This document shows, piece after piece, positions 39,142-51,247 of a DNA stretch of 64,000 nt. The position numbers and the translations under genes were made by a program. Source of the stretch: Haliotis rufescens. Its lineage: Eukaryota. Where the stretch lies: NCBI RefSeq assembly GCF_023055435.1, contig NW_025963779.1, forward strand, positions 21,638,001 to 21,702,000, written 5' to 3'. How positions within the stretch are numbered: position 1 is the stretch's first letter; each line of letters opens with the position of its first letter. Below the pieces are notes generated by a model. That model made no database searches. It saw only the letters and a program-made list of their open reading frames with translations, and had not been told where the DNA came from.

Positions 39142-39448
39142 CCGTGGGTTATGGCGGTGTTGCAACAAACGGCGTTCTGCCTGAGACGAGCACTAGAGTT
39201 CTTCACAATGTTTATTTATAGAGTCATCTTCATAAATAATGGACTAATTGCACCCACGGCTAGGGAAATTGAAATTGCAGGCATTGATTTTCAGTTCAAA
39301 TTTAAGTTAAAAAATGCCCAGTGAAGATTTGAGGCGTGAAGATTTGTGGCGTGAACATCATTAAGGGAAATATACACTTCACAGCGAAAAGAGAACTTTC
39401 AAAGATTAGTCTGCGATACGTGATTTAACAAAGACATTCCCTGTTTCC

Positions 39449-39809
39449 CGCCCTTCACATAAATTTTAAATGTCTATTACATGTAGTTATTAACTACTGT
39501 GTTATTTTATAAATATATCATGTACCATTGTATACCAAAAATGAAAAATGCATCAGATGTTTATATGAGGATGTATGTGTGAGTGTATGTAGGTATATGT
39601 GTTTGTGTGTAATACTGTATATATATGAATATGTGTGTGTTATTATATTTTCTCATTACTTGCAATTCCTATGCACTTTACATTTATTCTGCACCACAGA
39701 ATTAACACACCACAATGTAATGAAATGTATATAGGAGAAGGCCTCGTAAGTGTGTCACTTGTGCCTAATCCATTTGGTTTTCCGCAATAAAATATGTTTA
39801 AATCAAAAG
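39449..39809 (+). mobile_element. 5'-truncated LINE 3' UTR (CR1/L2-like, tentative)
   Basis: Ends AATAAAATATGTTTAAATCAAAAG; flanked by the 10-bp direct repeat CCCTGTTTCC. Confidence 0.6.
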
Positions 39810-41264
39810 CCCTGTTTCCTTACTATTGTTTACTACATTGTAGCTTGATGTTTAGGGATATAGGCGACATCAGTCAAGGAGCTGTTATACCTAGCTTCAC
39901 AGAGGACTCAAGTAGGGTTAGGATGCTTTATGAAGTCTTTAGGATAATGCCGTACGAGGAGAGAGCCAAATACATCTAAGTTGCCAACGAGCGTGTCTTC
40001 GGAAAATATTCCCAATATTCATTAAGGTTAAAACCCATCGCAAAAAAACGTGCTGCATACGAATTGGTTATATGCAACTAGCTTAATCTTTACGCGTGTA
40101 TTCTAGGTTGAAATCAAGTGTAGCGAGTGATGATAGACGGATTGATGTTAAGTGTTTGCAATGAACTGACTACGTTGTATAGGCTGATGTTCTGACACTC
40201 ACAACATAACATTTGAAAGACCAGCGTTGTTGATTTCTGTAATCTTCATCTTTACATCCAATAACCGTTTTGATGAACATCAACGCAGAAGAGACTAATA
40301 CAGTAAGCAATTGAAAGTTGCTTGTTGAACTGCAAATATACTAACCTGGTTCATGATGTATACCCGGTCGTAGTCGGAGATGTTGAGATTATTCCATGGT
40401 GGAGAGGGAGAACGGCACTGCCAGGCACCAAGGAACGGCGGTAAATGTTTGTCAAATTGCTGCCAATTGCTGTATTCGAGGAGTGTTCACCGTCTATCTG
40501 TCATCTCGGGGCTATATATAACTGACCTAGAAGTGGACCGCCGGGAGATATTGATGGATGGATATTCCAGTACATCACCCATACTTTATTGTATTAGTAC
40601 AACTTGATATTAGAAACATATCTAGCTTTACCAAGACGCGCACGATGTGGTGAGTTTTATATACGATGGCACTGGGGAATTGTGACGATTATTGGCAGCG
40701 ATTAAGCGTATTTATTTATCAGTGGTTCAATTTCTAGCAAAAGACTGGATTATGGTAGCTCAACGGCTAGTATATTAGATCGGCATTATTTTAAGGGATG
40801 TGTTTGTAGTTAATGCTACAATAATGTCCAAATACATAGGCTAATATGGTTCAAACTCTTTATGAATTTCATTAGCCTGAGCAGGTAGATATCCTAACTT
40901 TTCGGTGAAAGAACATGGGCTTCCAGACAGCAGTGGAAGTGATACGATATTTATTTGTATTCCACTTTATGCCTTCAAATTGCAATACGCTATGCAATCA
41001 AGAAGCTTATGCTGAATGTCTCACAGGGGTCAAAGGTTAAGACTAGGTTTCACCTGGTATCAATACCATTTGATGTTTGAGAGGATCCATAAACACATAA
41101 ACACAATGGACTGTTTTGAGCAGAGATTACTTTTATTTTGTCACTTTTATTTATCTTTTTTATTAAGATGTAGATTGATAGCATTTAATAAGTTACCGAT
41201 AGTACCAGGGCACCGTAGCGCACCTGTTATACGAAGAATATGCTTGAATTGTTTGATAGGCATT

Positions 41265-41485
41265 GTGTGTTTGCGTGTGGCTGCTTGTACTAGTCCGGAC
41301 TGATGCCGATTTATAGTGCTAGCTCACTGAGATACCATGCCGCAGTTTAACATAAATACCCCACTCACACACAGTATACTGACTCCGAGCCGACCAGTCC
41401 TTGTTTTAGCCCCTTTATGCCGAGCGAACCCCGGCCCTTCCGCTCTCCGGGCGGACGCTCTACCATTAGACCACGGAGGCGGTCC
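41265..41485 (-). mobile_element. SINE family D, internally deleted
   Basis: CTTGTACTAGTCCGGACTGATGCC...CCACGGAGGCGGTC. Confidence 0.88.
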
Positions 41486-41546
41486 AGTTGGCGGATGACA
41501 ATGCAGAGACAATTTATGGATAACAACTTCTTTATTTACTGTGAAG

Positions 41547-41579
41547 GCGACGTTTCAGATCCTTATACCGTTGTCAGGC
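41547..41579 (-). ncRNA. Degenerate minimal hammerhead-ribozyme-like motif (Penelope-like element type)
   Basis: Minus strand reads GC-CTGACAA-C-GG..CT-GAAA-CG-TC-GC, followed by AATAAA; the core has A at position G8. Confidence 0.45.
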
Positions 41580-42420
41580 AAAGTTGACAAAAATCAAGAA
41601 TATGTTTGCAGGGAAAGATGAATACTCTACATTGTTACAACATTGAGCCAGCAATCTTTGGATTCAACGAAGATTTCAACACCAAAAGACGGCATATTTT
41701 GCAAATGACTGTTAACTTTAAATTTGCTATCAGGGTAAACAGTAATGTAAACATATTACATGTAAACAACAATTAACTTCTCACACCATAGTAGTAACCA
41801 CCACGAAAACACATAACAGGCTAAAAGGCTATGACGTTGTGAATTAACCCAGTTATGACAATCGAAATACTTTCATGTATAACTGCACGTGACAAAACCC
41901 TTTCCATAAATTATACAATGGTAACATCTGCAAAAAGCAGAGTCGATTGTACGATTTCGACCAGATCATGAACATTTGTTTATGAATCACTATCAAATAG
42001 TGATGAAACCAACCCGTTCGCGAAAAGGTGAGTGTATCCTGCCCCACCGGTGGCACCTGTCACACACACATGCAGAGGCAAATCAATTGTTCATCTGAAC
42101 AAACACGGAAACGTGTAGTGCAAGTCAAAATAGGGAATTGCATCGGACATCATTTTTGTCTGATGTGTACAATTTGGAAATGTCCTCAAAATGTCTACCA
42201 TAAAACTATTTTGAAAGCTTAACTGATGCCTTGAATGTTGTAACCTTGATCAAACAACAAACATAACCACGCCCTATTGATGGCATCATCCGATACACAT
42301 TGACACTAACAGATCTTCCGTGAAGGGATCATGGACGAATTGCACCACCCGGACAAAAAGGGAACAAGTGTTTATATTGGTGGCCATGTCAAGTTCGACT
42401 TCAGAGTACATCCTACCAAG

Positions 42421-42693
42421 GACCCGTGAAGATCCGGGGTAGAATAGGTCTTCAGCAACCCATGCTTGCCGTAAAAGGCGACTATGCTTGTCGTAAAAGG
42501 CGACTAACGGGATCGGGTGGTCAGGCTCGCTGACTTGGTTGATGCATGTCATCCATCCAAAATACGTGGATCGATGCTCATGATATTAATCACTGGATTG
42601 TCTTGTCCAAACTCGATTATTTACAGACCGCCGTCATATAGCTGGAATATTGTTGAGTGCGGCGTTAAACCACAAACCAACCAACCAACAACA
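42421..42693 (+). mobile_element. Family B, full length
   Basis: TSD ACATCCTACCAAG(G); (CAAC)n tail. Confidence 0.95.
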
Positions 42694-42951
42694 ACATCCT
42701 ACCAAGGCTCATAGTACAGATGATCTCATAAATAAAAGCAACACAACTCTTTCCGTAATCCTAAGATTAAACTGTACTTTGATGTAATTGGGTGTTTAGC
42801 ACAATTGGAGTTGGCGACCGTTGTGACGAACATGAAATTGGTCACTATGAGTTTGCAACTATATACACGCGCACTGTCAAATATTAACGTTAACTCCTCG
42901 TCATGGGCATCGTGATACCATCATCCAGCATACATGGTTACTCACAGGAGA

Positions 42952-43119
42952 GGGGCGGTCGGGTAGCCTAGTGGTTAAAGCGCTCGCTCGTTACACCGAA
43001 GACCCGGGTTCGATTCCCGACATGGGTACAATGTGTGAAGCCCATTTCTGGTGTCCCCCGCCGTGATATTGCTGGAATATTACTAAAAGCGGCGTAAAAC
43101 CATACTCACTCACTCACTG
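42952..43119 (+). mobile_element. SINE family A, full length
   Basis: Near-identical to the 38448 copy; TSD ACAGGAGA(GG). Confidence 0.95.
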
Positions 43120-44062
43120 ACAGGAGAGGTCACTGATAGGCCGGGATCGGCTGAGATCATGTTCCTAGTTACTTCAGCGCCATATATGCCCATTATCGCG
43201 GGTTATCAAAAAGTGGTAATTTAAACGTCTTGACCTGCATCACGTCCATCTTTCCCTTCACATGTGGAAGACAAGCCGTGGTATAACTGAAGTACTGTTC
43301 AAACTAAACACACTAAAGCTGCCTCGCTGTAGCACTAACGTGACTAAGACATTTATTTATTCGGCAGCGTGTTATCTATTTCCACCACCACTCTCAAGTT
43401 GGATTATTCTGAGGCATTTCACACGCAAAGAGATTGCGTCTCGGCAAGAATCTGCCATCATATAGTCCCTTGCCTTGTTTAGTATCCCCCGCCACTTATT
43501 CTGAAGTACTATCATTAGGACGGTGGAGATCACTGTTGCCACAAAAATGTGGAACATTCAAAGTGGTAAGACACAACTTAACTCGTCACTGATTGAGTTC
43601 GTGAATGTTGTTTTTCTAAAAACAAGGATAGCAATGTTCCAGCTACCTCGCGGCGGTTTATTAGTATGGCCCCCGCATAAACCAGTGATTGATAACATAA
43701 GCAACGATCATCACCGTCGAGGCACGACAATATATAAGCCTTGTCACATTTTAACCAATTTTTTTTCCAATTCTCCTTTTAGTCGGCTCTTACACACATA
43801 GGATGTTTGGAACCTATTGAGGCTGGTTTCAACATAGAGTTGCTTGCCCCTGACGCCAGAGAATAGTCAGTCTCGAGTATCTGCTGAAAGCGATTTCAAT
43901 AGGCGTAAACGTCATAATTATAGTGAAAATTTTACGACTGGATCACTGAGAATCAGTGATGACACCAGCTGATCGCGAAAAGTGTAAGCATGCCCTGCTC
44001 TACCGCTAGCATCCGCCACTCTAATTATCACAAAGAAAATGCTGAAGGACTTTTGATATTAT

Positions 44063-44312
44063 GTTTGTTTGTTTTTTGTAACACTCAGCAATAATCCAGC
44101 TATATGACGGCGGTCTGTAAATAATCATGTCTGGACCAGTGATTGACATCATGAGCATCGATCCACGCAATTGGGTAACGATGACATGCATCAACCAAGT
44201 CAGCAAGCCTGACCACCCGATCCCGTTAGTCGCCTCTTAAGACAAGCGGGGTCGCCTTTTCCAGCAAGCATGGGTTGCTGAAGACCTATTCTACGCCGGA
44301 TCTTCACGGGCC
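44063..44312 (-). mobile_element. Family B
   Basis: Reverse complement of the 42421 copy. Confidence 0.92.
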
Positions 44313-44469
44313 CTGAAGCATTTTAGTGGCACCAGGATGTGTGCATAGTGCGTAGGCAACGAATCAGGTGAAGGTAAATAACGCCGGTGGCAATCGTAGT
44401 GGAGGGGTGACCGCGCGGAAAGCGTCATCGCGCCTGAGCTTCAGAGTATGGTGCAGCATACTGAAACAT

Positions 44470-44720
44470 CGGCTAAGTTACATGTCTTATCTCTTTCGAC
44501 AACTGACTTAGTTCGAATTTTGGCAGTTCACCAGGTAGGAAATGGGTACCCGATAGGATTAAATGGACTTGTTAATGACGAATCTCCTATCGCCAGGCAG
44601 CTGAGGTTGTATACTCCTATGGAGTCGAGAAAGCAATTTGGTTGTAAACTGATCTGTTGACCGAGGTAAAAATTGCGCTGCTGTGGGTTGTGTGAGATTA
44701 TCGATACACACCTGTTCATA
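44470..44720 (+). mobile_element. Possible old Deu/Nin-domain SINE remnant
   Basis: B-box-like AGTTCGAATT, then TTCACCAGGTAGGAAATGGGTACC and TGTATACTCCTATGGAGTCGAG; assignment from motif recollection. Confidence 0.3.
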
Positions 44721-46026
44721 TTATTTTCATTAAAATTCTATTCCCACCGTAAATACATTTCTGAAATACAGTTTTCACAGGGAACAACACAATTGTTTTA
44801 GTGTTTCTTAATCAGTTAAACTTATCAACAAAAAAACAATATTACGACCTAATTCAAACTTACCTTATCAATCGTTCACCCGTTCGCGTAAAGCATTTAC
44901 TAGTCGTGTAGCCATCTAAATCCTATATTGTTTCTTTTAATAACAGAAAAATTTCAATTCAGCGATGCTGGGACTACGGCAAACAGGCGATTGATGCGGA
45001 TCAAGATGGCGATCATTCCAAGATCAAACGGATAGAAAAAACATAGATGTTGCAGCGAGAGCACATCGATAAATGTGCGCTTCTTGGATATTAATGTTAG
45101 AATCATCGCTCATGAGGAGGCCACGTGACTTTTTGTCTGTAGAGAATAATTGGGGAAGTCGTGTTTTGTCAATGTGGTGCCTGCGTGGGTGTGTGCGTGC
45201 GTGCGTGCGTGCATCTGTGTTCGTGTGTATGCGCCACACCACTGTCACCGATGAAAACACTAAATTATCCTTCAAAAGATAAAATACCACACGGTTAGCG
45301 TGCACGCATGCGTGCTTGTGTATGCGCGCTTTCAAAATGGAGACACGAGTTCATTTTCACCTCTAAAAAAGTGAATTACATTCCGAAAGAAATAAGGACA
45401 GACACGAATTATCTGTTAAAACTGGGCTGTGATATGCCATAACTATTATTCATTTTCTTCAAATCCATAGAAGACATATGGAATTACTTAGTTTCATGGC
45501 AGTATTCTTGGCAACAATACCATTTCTCCTACATGCGGTATCGATCGTGGAATTGCAAGCCCAAACTGATAATTCTCTTTGGACACTAAAAGCCATCATT
45601 GAAATCACTGACACTGCATTTTTTCAAAAATCGATAAAACTTTACGACGATGCAAGAGTCGGAATACCAGTCCATTCATAACTCCCACTGATTGCTGTAT
45701 TACCATGAATGGCACGAAATGCTGACTGTCTTCTTCATTCATTCAGGCAAACAACGTGACTGTCTACAACAATCAATAGGACGGAGCGTCTTCATTCAAG
45801 CCACTGACAAATAGCAAGTAGGTTCAGGACAGCATGGACGTGAATATTGGAAACCCCCACGGAATAGAAACCCTAATTTGATAACGCTGCTCATTGCTTG
45901 CTTAACAACACTGGTGACAGGATTAACCTCGCCTCGGAAGCGACATGGCTTCTACATCATCACGGCGGTGACGATGGTGTCATACTTGCTCCAGTATTGG
46001 CGACCAGTTTCTGTCACTATTAAACA

Positions 46027-46297
46027 GACCCGTGAAGATCCGGGGTAGAATAGGTCTTCAGCAACCCATGCTTGCCGTAAGAGGTGACTATGCTTGTCGT
46101 AAAAGGCGACTAACGAGATCGGGTGGTCAGGCTCGCTGACTTGGTTGATGCATGTCATCGATCCAAAATACGTGGATCGATGCTCATGATATTAATCACT
46201 GGATTGTCTGGTCCAGACTCGATTATTTACAGACCGCCGTCATATAGCTGGAATATTGCCGAGTGCGGCGTTAAATAACAAACGAACCAACCAACCA
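46027..46297 (+). mobile_element. Family B, full length
   Basis: Starts GACCCGT; TSD TATTAAACA. Confidence 0.95.
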
Positions 46298-46395
46298 ATA
46301 TTAAACATGACAAGCATGTCACTGAGGGACACTTTCCTCGTGTCAGGAACCCAGCATCGAAGCAGGGTTTTACCAGGCGCACTGTTAGAGTCACA

Positions 46396-46531
46396 TGGTT
46401 AAAGCGTTCGCTCGTCACGTCGAAGACCCGGGTTCGATTCTCGACATGTGTGAAGCCCATTTCTGGTGTTCCCCGCCGTGATATTGCTGGAATATTGCTA
46501 AAAGCGGCGTAAAACCTCACTCACTCACTCA
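46396..46531 (+). mobile_element. SINE family A, 5'-truncated
   Basis: B box, body and (CACT)n tail. Confidence 0.9.
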
Positions 46532-47694
46532 CAAACACATACAAATTAAAGATGGACGCAACTATTTTGGTTTGTGATGGCAGTTTGAATCATTAATTCA
46601 TCAACATTGTAGACTGCACGTTACTTTCAACAAAAACTTGTATTCTGGTAAAAGATACACGTTTATAGTTTGGCATGGTTGAGGTTCTGGAAAGTAACAT
46701 TGAAAACTCAATCAATAATAGGCACAAGGCCATCAATTCACTTATGTAAATTTGTTGGAAGTCAAGTGAAGCTTGCTTCTTGTCGCCAGCCTAAGAACCC
46801 CATATTCATATCGTGGCCATGTATTTCTGAGAGTCCCCTGAGCTTAAAACACAGGTGGACATAAGTGGACACAGGCAAGTCCCTTCATCATTGTCATCCA
46901 TCTTGATCATGTGTAAGGGTGTGACATTTTGTATCAAGAAATCAAGAGATTAATCGAATGTAACGAACATTGTTAGAGCGCACGCACGTATGCACGCATG
47001 CACGCACTCACACTCACACTCACACTCACTCGCACGCACACACATTGACCAGGCATTAAACATTTCGAGAACGGTCTTTTATACATTAAATATGAACGGA
47101 ATTCGTCTCCATTAGCTAAACTAATTAAAGTTGTGTGGGGGTAACGAGAAAAAGATTCATTTAGCCCATGTGAACTCCTTCGAGATCATACTGCTTTTAA
47201 ACATAAAGTAATATTTAACCTTTAAGGTAAACAGATTCCATGTCGGCTGTCTTGCGGAATAAATAATCAATATTTAAAACGATATATCACTCTGATCATT
47301 CAATCGCGGCTATCAGTCAAACATGAAATTCTGACAGGTCACGTGCTTTCTATCATTCATGCACAGAAAATATCAATGATTGCAAAATATGAATAATTCA
47401 TAGCGGGATCATTACTGGGCAAGTATGTTGAAATTGACATCCCTCGTGCTCCTCGGTCAAATAGACCATTATCAGTATTGGCACCGAGGTGATGCGACAC
47501 GATTGATGGTACGGACACTTGGCCGACCAATATTAAACCATCATTTCCTCAACGTGAGATAATGAGCGAAAATGGCGACTGGATAATCTCAAACTCATAC
47601 CCTCCACGCTCTCAGAAGTTCTGTGAACATACATCGGTGATATAAATGGCGAGTGACGCAATGCCCTATTTACCCGTGTTTTTTCAGGTGAACA

Positions 47695-47974
47695 GGGGGC
47701 ACGGGTGGCCCAGTCGTCTAAAGCGCCGCGATTCGCTGTGCAGAGTTGCATCCCTTGGGCACGCCAGAAAGCTATGATTGTGGGTTCGAATCCCGGTTCG
47801 CCCCGATTATGTTTCTAGGTTTGTCAGCACCATACCCGTGCTCGTGGGTTTCACCGAAGTGGTAAACGTCTTAGACCTGCATCACTTCGGGCTTTCCTCC
47901 CACATGAAGCTGACACGCCGCGATATAACTGGAATACTGTTAAAAGCGGCGTTAAACCCAACTCACTCACTCAC
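47695..47974 (+). mobile_element. SINE family C, full length (tRNA-Leu-like head, V-SINE-like core)
   Basis: A box TGGCCCAGTCG, B box GGTTCGAATCC, GTGGGTTTC...TTTCCTCCCAC, (CACT)n tail, TSD TCAGGTGAACA. Confidence 0.95.
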
Positions 47975-48208
47975 TCAGGTGAACATTTGGCTTGCCTTGG
48001 ATTGTGTTGTTGGTGTCACTGGTGGCAGAATACGCTCACCATTTCACAAACTCCTGGTGTCATCACTATTTGATAGTGATTCATAAACTCATGCTTAAGC
48101 TATAGTCGGAATTGTACACGGGGCTTGTGAATATGGAAAGGATTTTGTTGCTTTTGTTTACATCCCAGGCATAACACAGACACAGGTTCCTGGTTCCACA
48201 ATGACATG

Positions 48209-48452
48209 ATTTGTTTGTTTTGTTTGTTGTTTAACGCCGCACTCAGCAATATTCCAGCTATATGACGATGGTCTGTAAATAATCGAGTCTGGACCAGACA
48301 ATCCAGTGATTGACATCATGAGCATCGATCTACGCAATTGATGATGGTATGCATTAAACAAGTCAGCAAGCATGACCACCCGATCCCTTTAGTCGCCTTT
48401 TACGGCAAGCGTGGACTGATTGAGACCTATTCTACCCCGGATCTTCAGGGAT
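48209..48452 (-). mobile_element. Family B, diverged
   Basis: Reverse complement of B with a single head module. Confidence 0.88.
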
Positions 48453-48519
48453 CATAAGGACATGAACGTAGATGCCCTCATCGACAACACGCATGGATCT
48501 GATCATGTTCTCAAGCATT

Positions 48520-49065
48520 TACGTAGAAATATGTTTCAATCTGTACGATAACGCGCACAACTGTACATTGTCTTCCAGTTCTCTACGATAACACACATTA
48601 ATTTGTTTCAATCTCTACTGAAACGCGCACATATATGTACATTGTGTTCCTTTTCTCTACGATAATACGCATAATTCTGTTGTTCTCTACGACAAAACGC
48701 ATGAATCTGTTGTTCACTACGATAATACGCATGATTCTGTTGTTCTCTACGATAATACGCATGATTCTGTTGTTCTCTGCGACAAAACGCATGAATCTGT
48801 TGTTCTCTACGACAATACGCATGATTCTGTTGTTCGCTACGATAATACGCATGATTCTGTTGTTCTCTACGATAATACGCATGATGCTGTTGTTCTCTAC
48901 GATAATACGCATGATTCTGTTGTTCTCTACGACAAAACGCATGATTCTGTTGTTCTCTACGATAATACGCATGGTTCTGTTGTTCTCTACGACAAAACGC
49001 ATGAATCTGTTGTTCTCTACGATAATACGCAAATGTCTGTTTCTCTTCTCTACTTAGACGCATGA
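48520..49065. repeat. Minisatellite, 30-bp unit CTACGATAATACGCATGATTCTGTTGTTCT
   Basis: About 13 homogeneous units plus degenerate edges. Confidence 0.96.
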
Positions 49066-49347
49066 AGATGTTTTTGTTCACACACAAATTGTTTGATAAC
49101 TCACATTTATTTCGTACTCTCATTGTTACTGAGGAAGACTGTATTTTAGTCTCTCATTCAATATTATGAAGAGGCGTGCTACACGACAGGACTCATGAAC
49201 TATTTACACTACAACAGCGCGGCATTAATGTATCGCGATCCAATTTCCTCCATTGTATTCGTTGACTAGAAAGTTCACGCGGCCTTCAAAGGGGTGTCTT
49301 CAGGTATTCACGCAGTGAGGTATCGTATCGGAGTCAAAGAGCTGAAT

Positions 49348-49581
49348 GAGTGAGTGAGTTGGGTTAACGCCGCTTTTAACAGTATTCCAGTTATATCACG
49401 GCGTGTCAGCTTAATGTGGGAGGAAAGCCCGAAGTGATGCAGGTCTCACACGTTTACCACTTCGGTGAAACCCAAGAGCACGGGTTTGGTGCTGACAAAC
49501 CTAGAAACATAATCGGGGCGAACCGGGATTTGAACCCACAATCATAGGTTTCTGGCGTGCCCAAGGGACGCAACTCTCCAC
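49348..49581 (-). mobile_element. SINE family C, 5'-truncated
   Basis: Matches C up to GGGACGCAACTCT. Confidence 0.92.
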
Positions 49582-51211
49582 ATAACGTCAGGGGGCACCA
49601 AGAACGATAGTCCTGCACCATGACTGTGGAACATATTTATTTTATGAAGAGAAAACCCAATCTAGATATGTATACAAAACAAGTCTAGCCAGCTCTAGCT
49701 AGCTCTAATCCACATATGAAATCAGCATCGGGAAAATTATGTTTTTTAGAGTCGAGAAGGGTATTGTGTAATATAAAATTTCATAGACTAAATGTTAGAA
49801 TGAGTTTCATGCACAATAACCAAGCGGAGAAAAGAACCCGCTAGGACGGACGAACACTTTAACCACAAGGCCACAACACCGCTTATCATTTCAGAATTAT
49901 TTTGCTTTTTTACGCGGTTCAGACAGGATAAACAACATGTTAAATATATTTCATTACAATACTTGTATTCAATCAACTTGCATGTAGTCTATGTTTATAA
50001 AGATTCAAATAATTCATACCCTGTCGGCTCGGATAAATTGAATTTACTAATCATTTGGGTCAAGGTGACATGTAATTCCTGGTACGTAAGTTGATGGGTT
50101 TTATGAAGCCTGAGCGCTGTGTTCCGTCCGGTCACTGTCGCTCCCAGCTCAAGTAAATGCCATCTGTGGGACTGGGCTGTCATTAACTCCACATCGCTTC
50201 ATTAAACGGGCATCTGCTAATCAGCTAAAATGGAAGCGAGGAGGTCTGGTCGTCATTAAGGAATAGAGATCGTCTATTATATGGAACAATCCTGAAAATC
50301 AATGATCCCCGCTCGTTGCGTATAGGTATGTAGGAATTACTGTTAGTCCTGCTGTAGGGCGCTCATCATTTGGGCCAACAACGTGTTTTTATAAGCTATC
50401 CACATCCGCCAGACCAAATAGTTCCCGCTTCAAAGTGTTATGGTGTGGAATTAGCAGCGGGATTGGAATCTGGTCATGCGGTCCTGTCACGCGCATTGCA
50501 CGCGCTGCACGCGATCGTGACCACACAGTTGTCAATATGGTACTTGTAATTCTCCAGAGGGACGATCGCAATCACTTAATGGTTGTTCGTACACACAACT
50601 TGTCAGACGATATGATGCAGGTAGGGTTTGCAATCAACTAGCGCATGGGAAGAGGGTATTATTATACATTCAGCGCTCTGAAATGAGCAATAGAAATGAT
50701 TAAAAAAGTTTTCAAAACTCATCCCAAATGCAACTTATTTGACGTTTAGCAGACATGATCTGGTGATTGTGTGTTCCATGTAGAAACGTTTAGAAAGTGC
50801 AGCTGGACGATGCAATATAATAGGCACACGATGAAGTAAAAAACCCCATAAAAACAAATCGGACATAATGAATTTCCATTATAATTTCCGTGACGAACGA
50901 TCGCTATAATCTCCAGGCTAGCCCATCGTCAGGTTCAGTTTGTGTATCATTACGTGGCAACTTGATGCTGGAGTAACGTCTGACGTTTCCCACGGTTATG
51001 GCGGTGACAATGTCAAGAATGGTGCGAATCAGGAATCCAAGGTAGCGATCATCGGATTCTTGCGAGCCAAAGAGACGCAACTCTGTACAACGAATTTACG
51101 CGCCAAAGATACCCGTGTGTCATTTATAGCCACACATGCGTGACAAAATTCTTAACACAATACCGGGTACGCAGACATCATATGCGCCGTCGAGGTTTAT
51201 TTATCATATAA

Positions 51212-51247
51212 AGTGAGTGAGTGAGTGAGTGAGTGAGTGAGTGAGTG
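51212..51247. repeat. (GTGA)n microsatellite
   Basis: About 9 units. Confidence 0.9.

Noticed and set aside
40405-40470. ERHCQAPRNGGKC resembling a thrombospondin-1 repeat
   Set aside because: Lacks the WxxW motifs and correct spacing; too short.
46027-46145. Canonical HDV-like ribozyme in the family B head
   Set aside because: A G-starting P1-like helix exists, but no P3/L3/P1.1 or catalytic J4/2 arrangement could be built by eye; kept only as an unknown-structure candidate.
47853-47890. Hammerhead-like words (AAACGTC, CTGAGA) in the SINE C hairpin loop
   Set aside because: No helix I and an incomplete core.
48598-49123. Three overlapping repeat ORFs
   Set aside because: A 30-bp minisatellite open in several frames.
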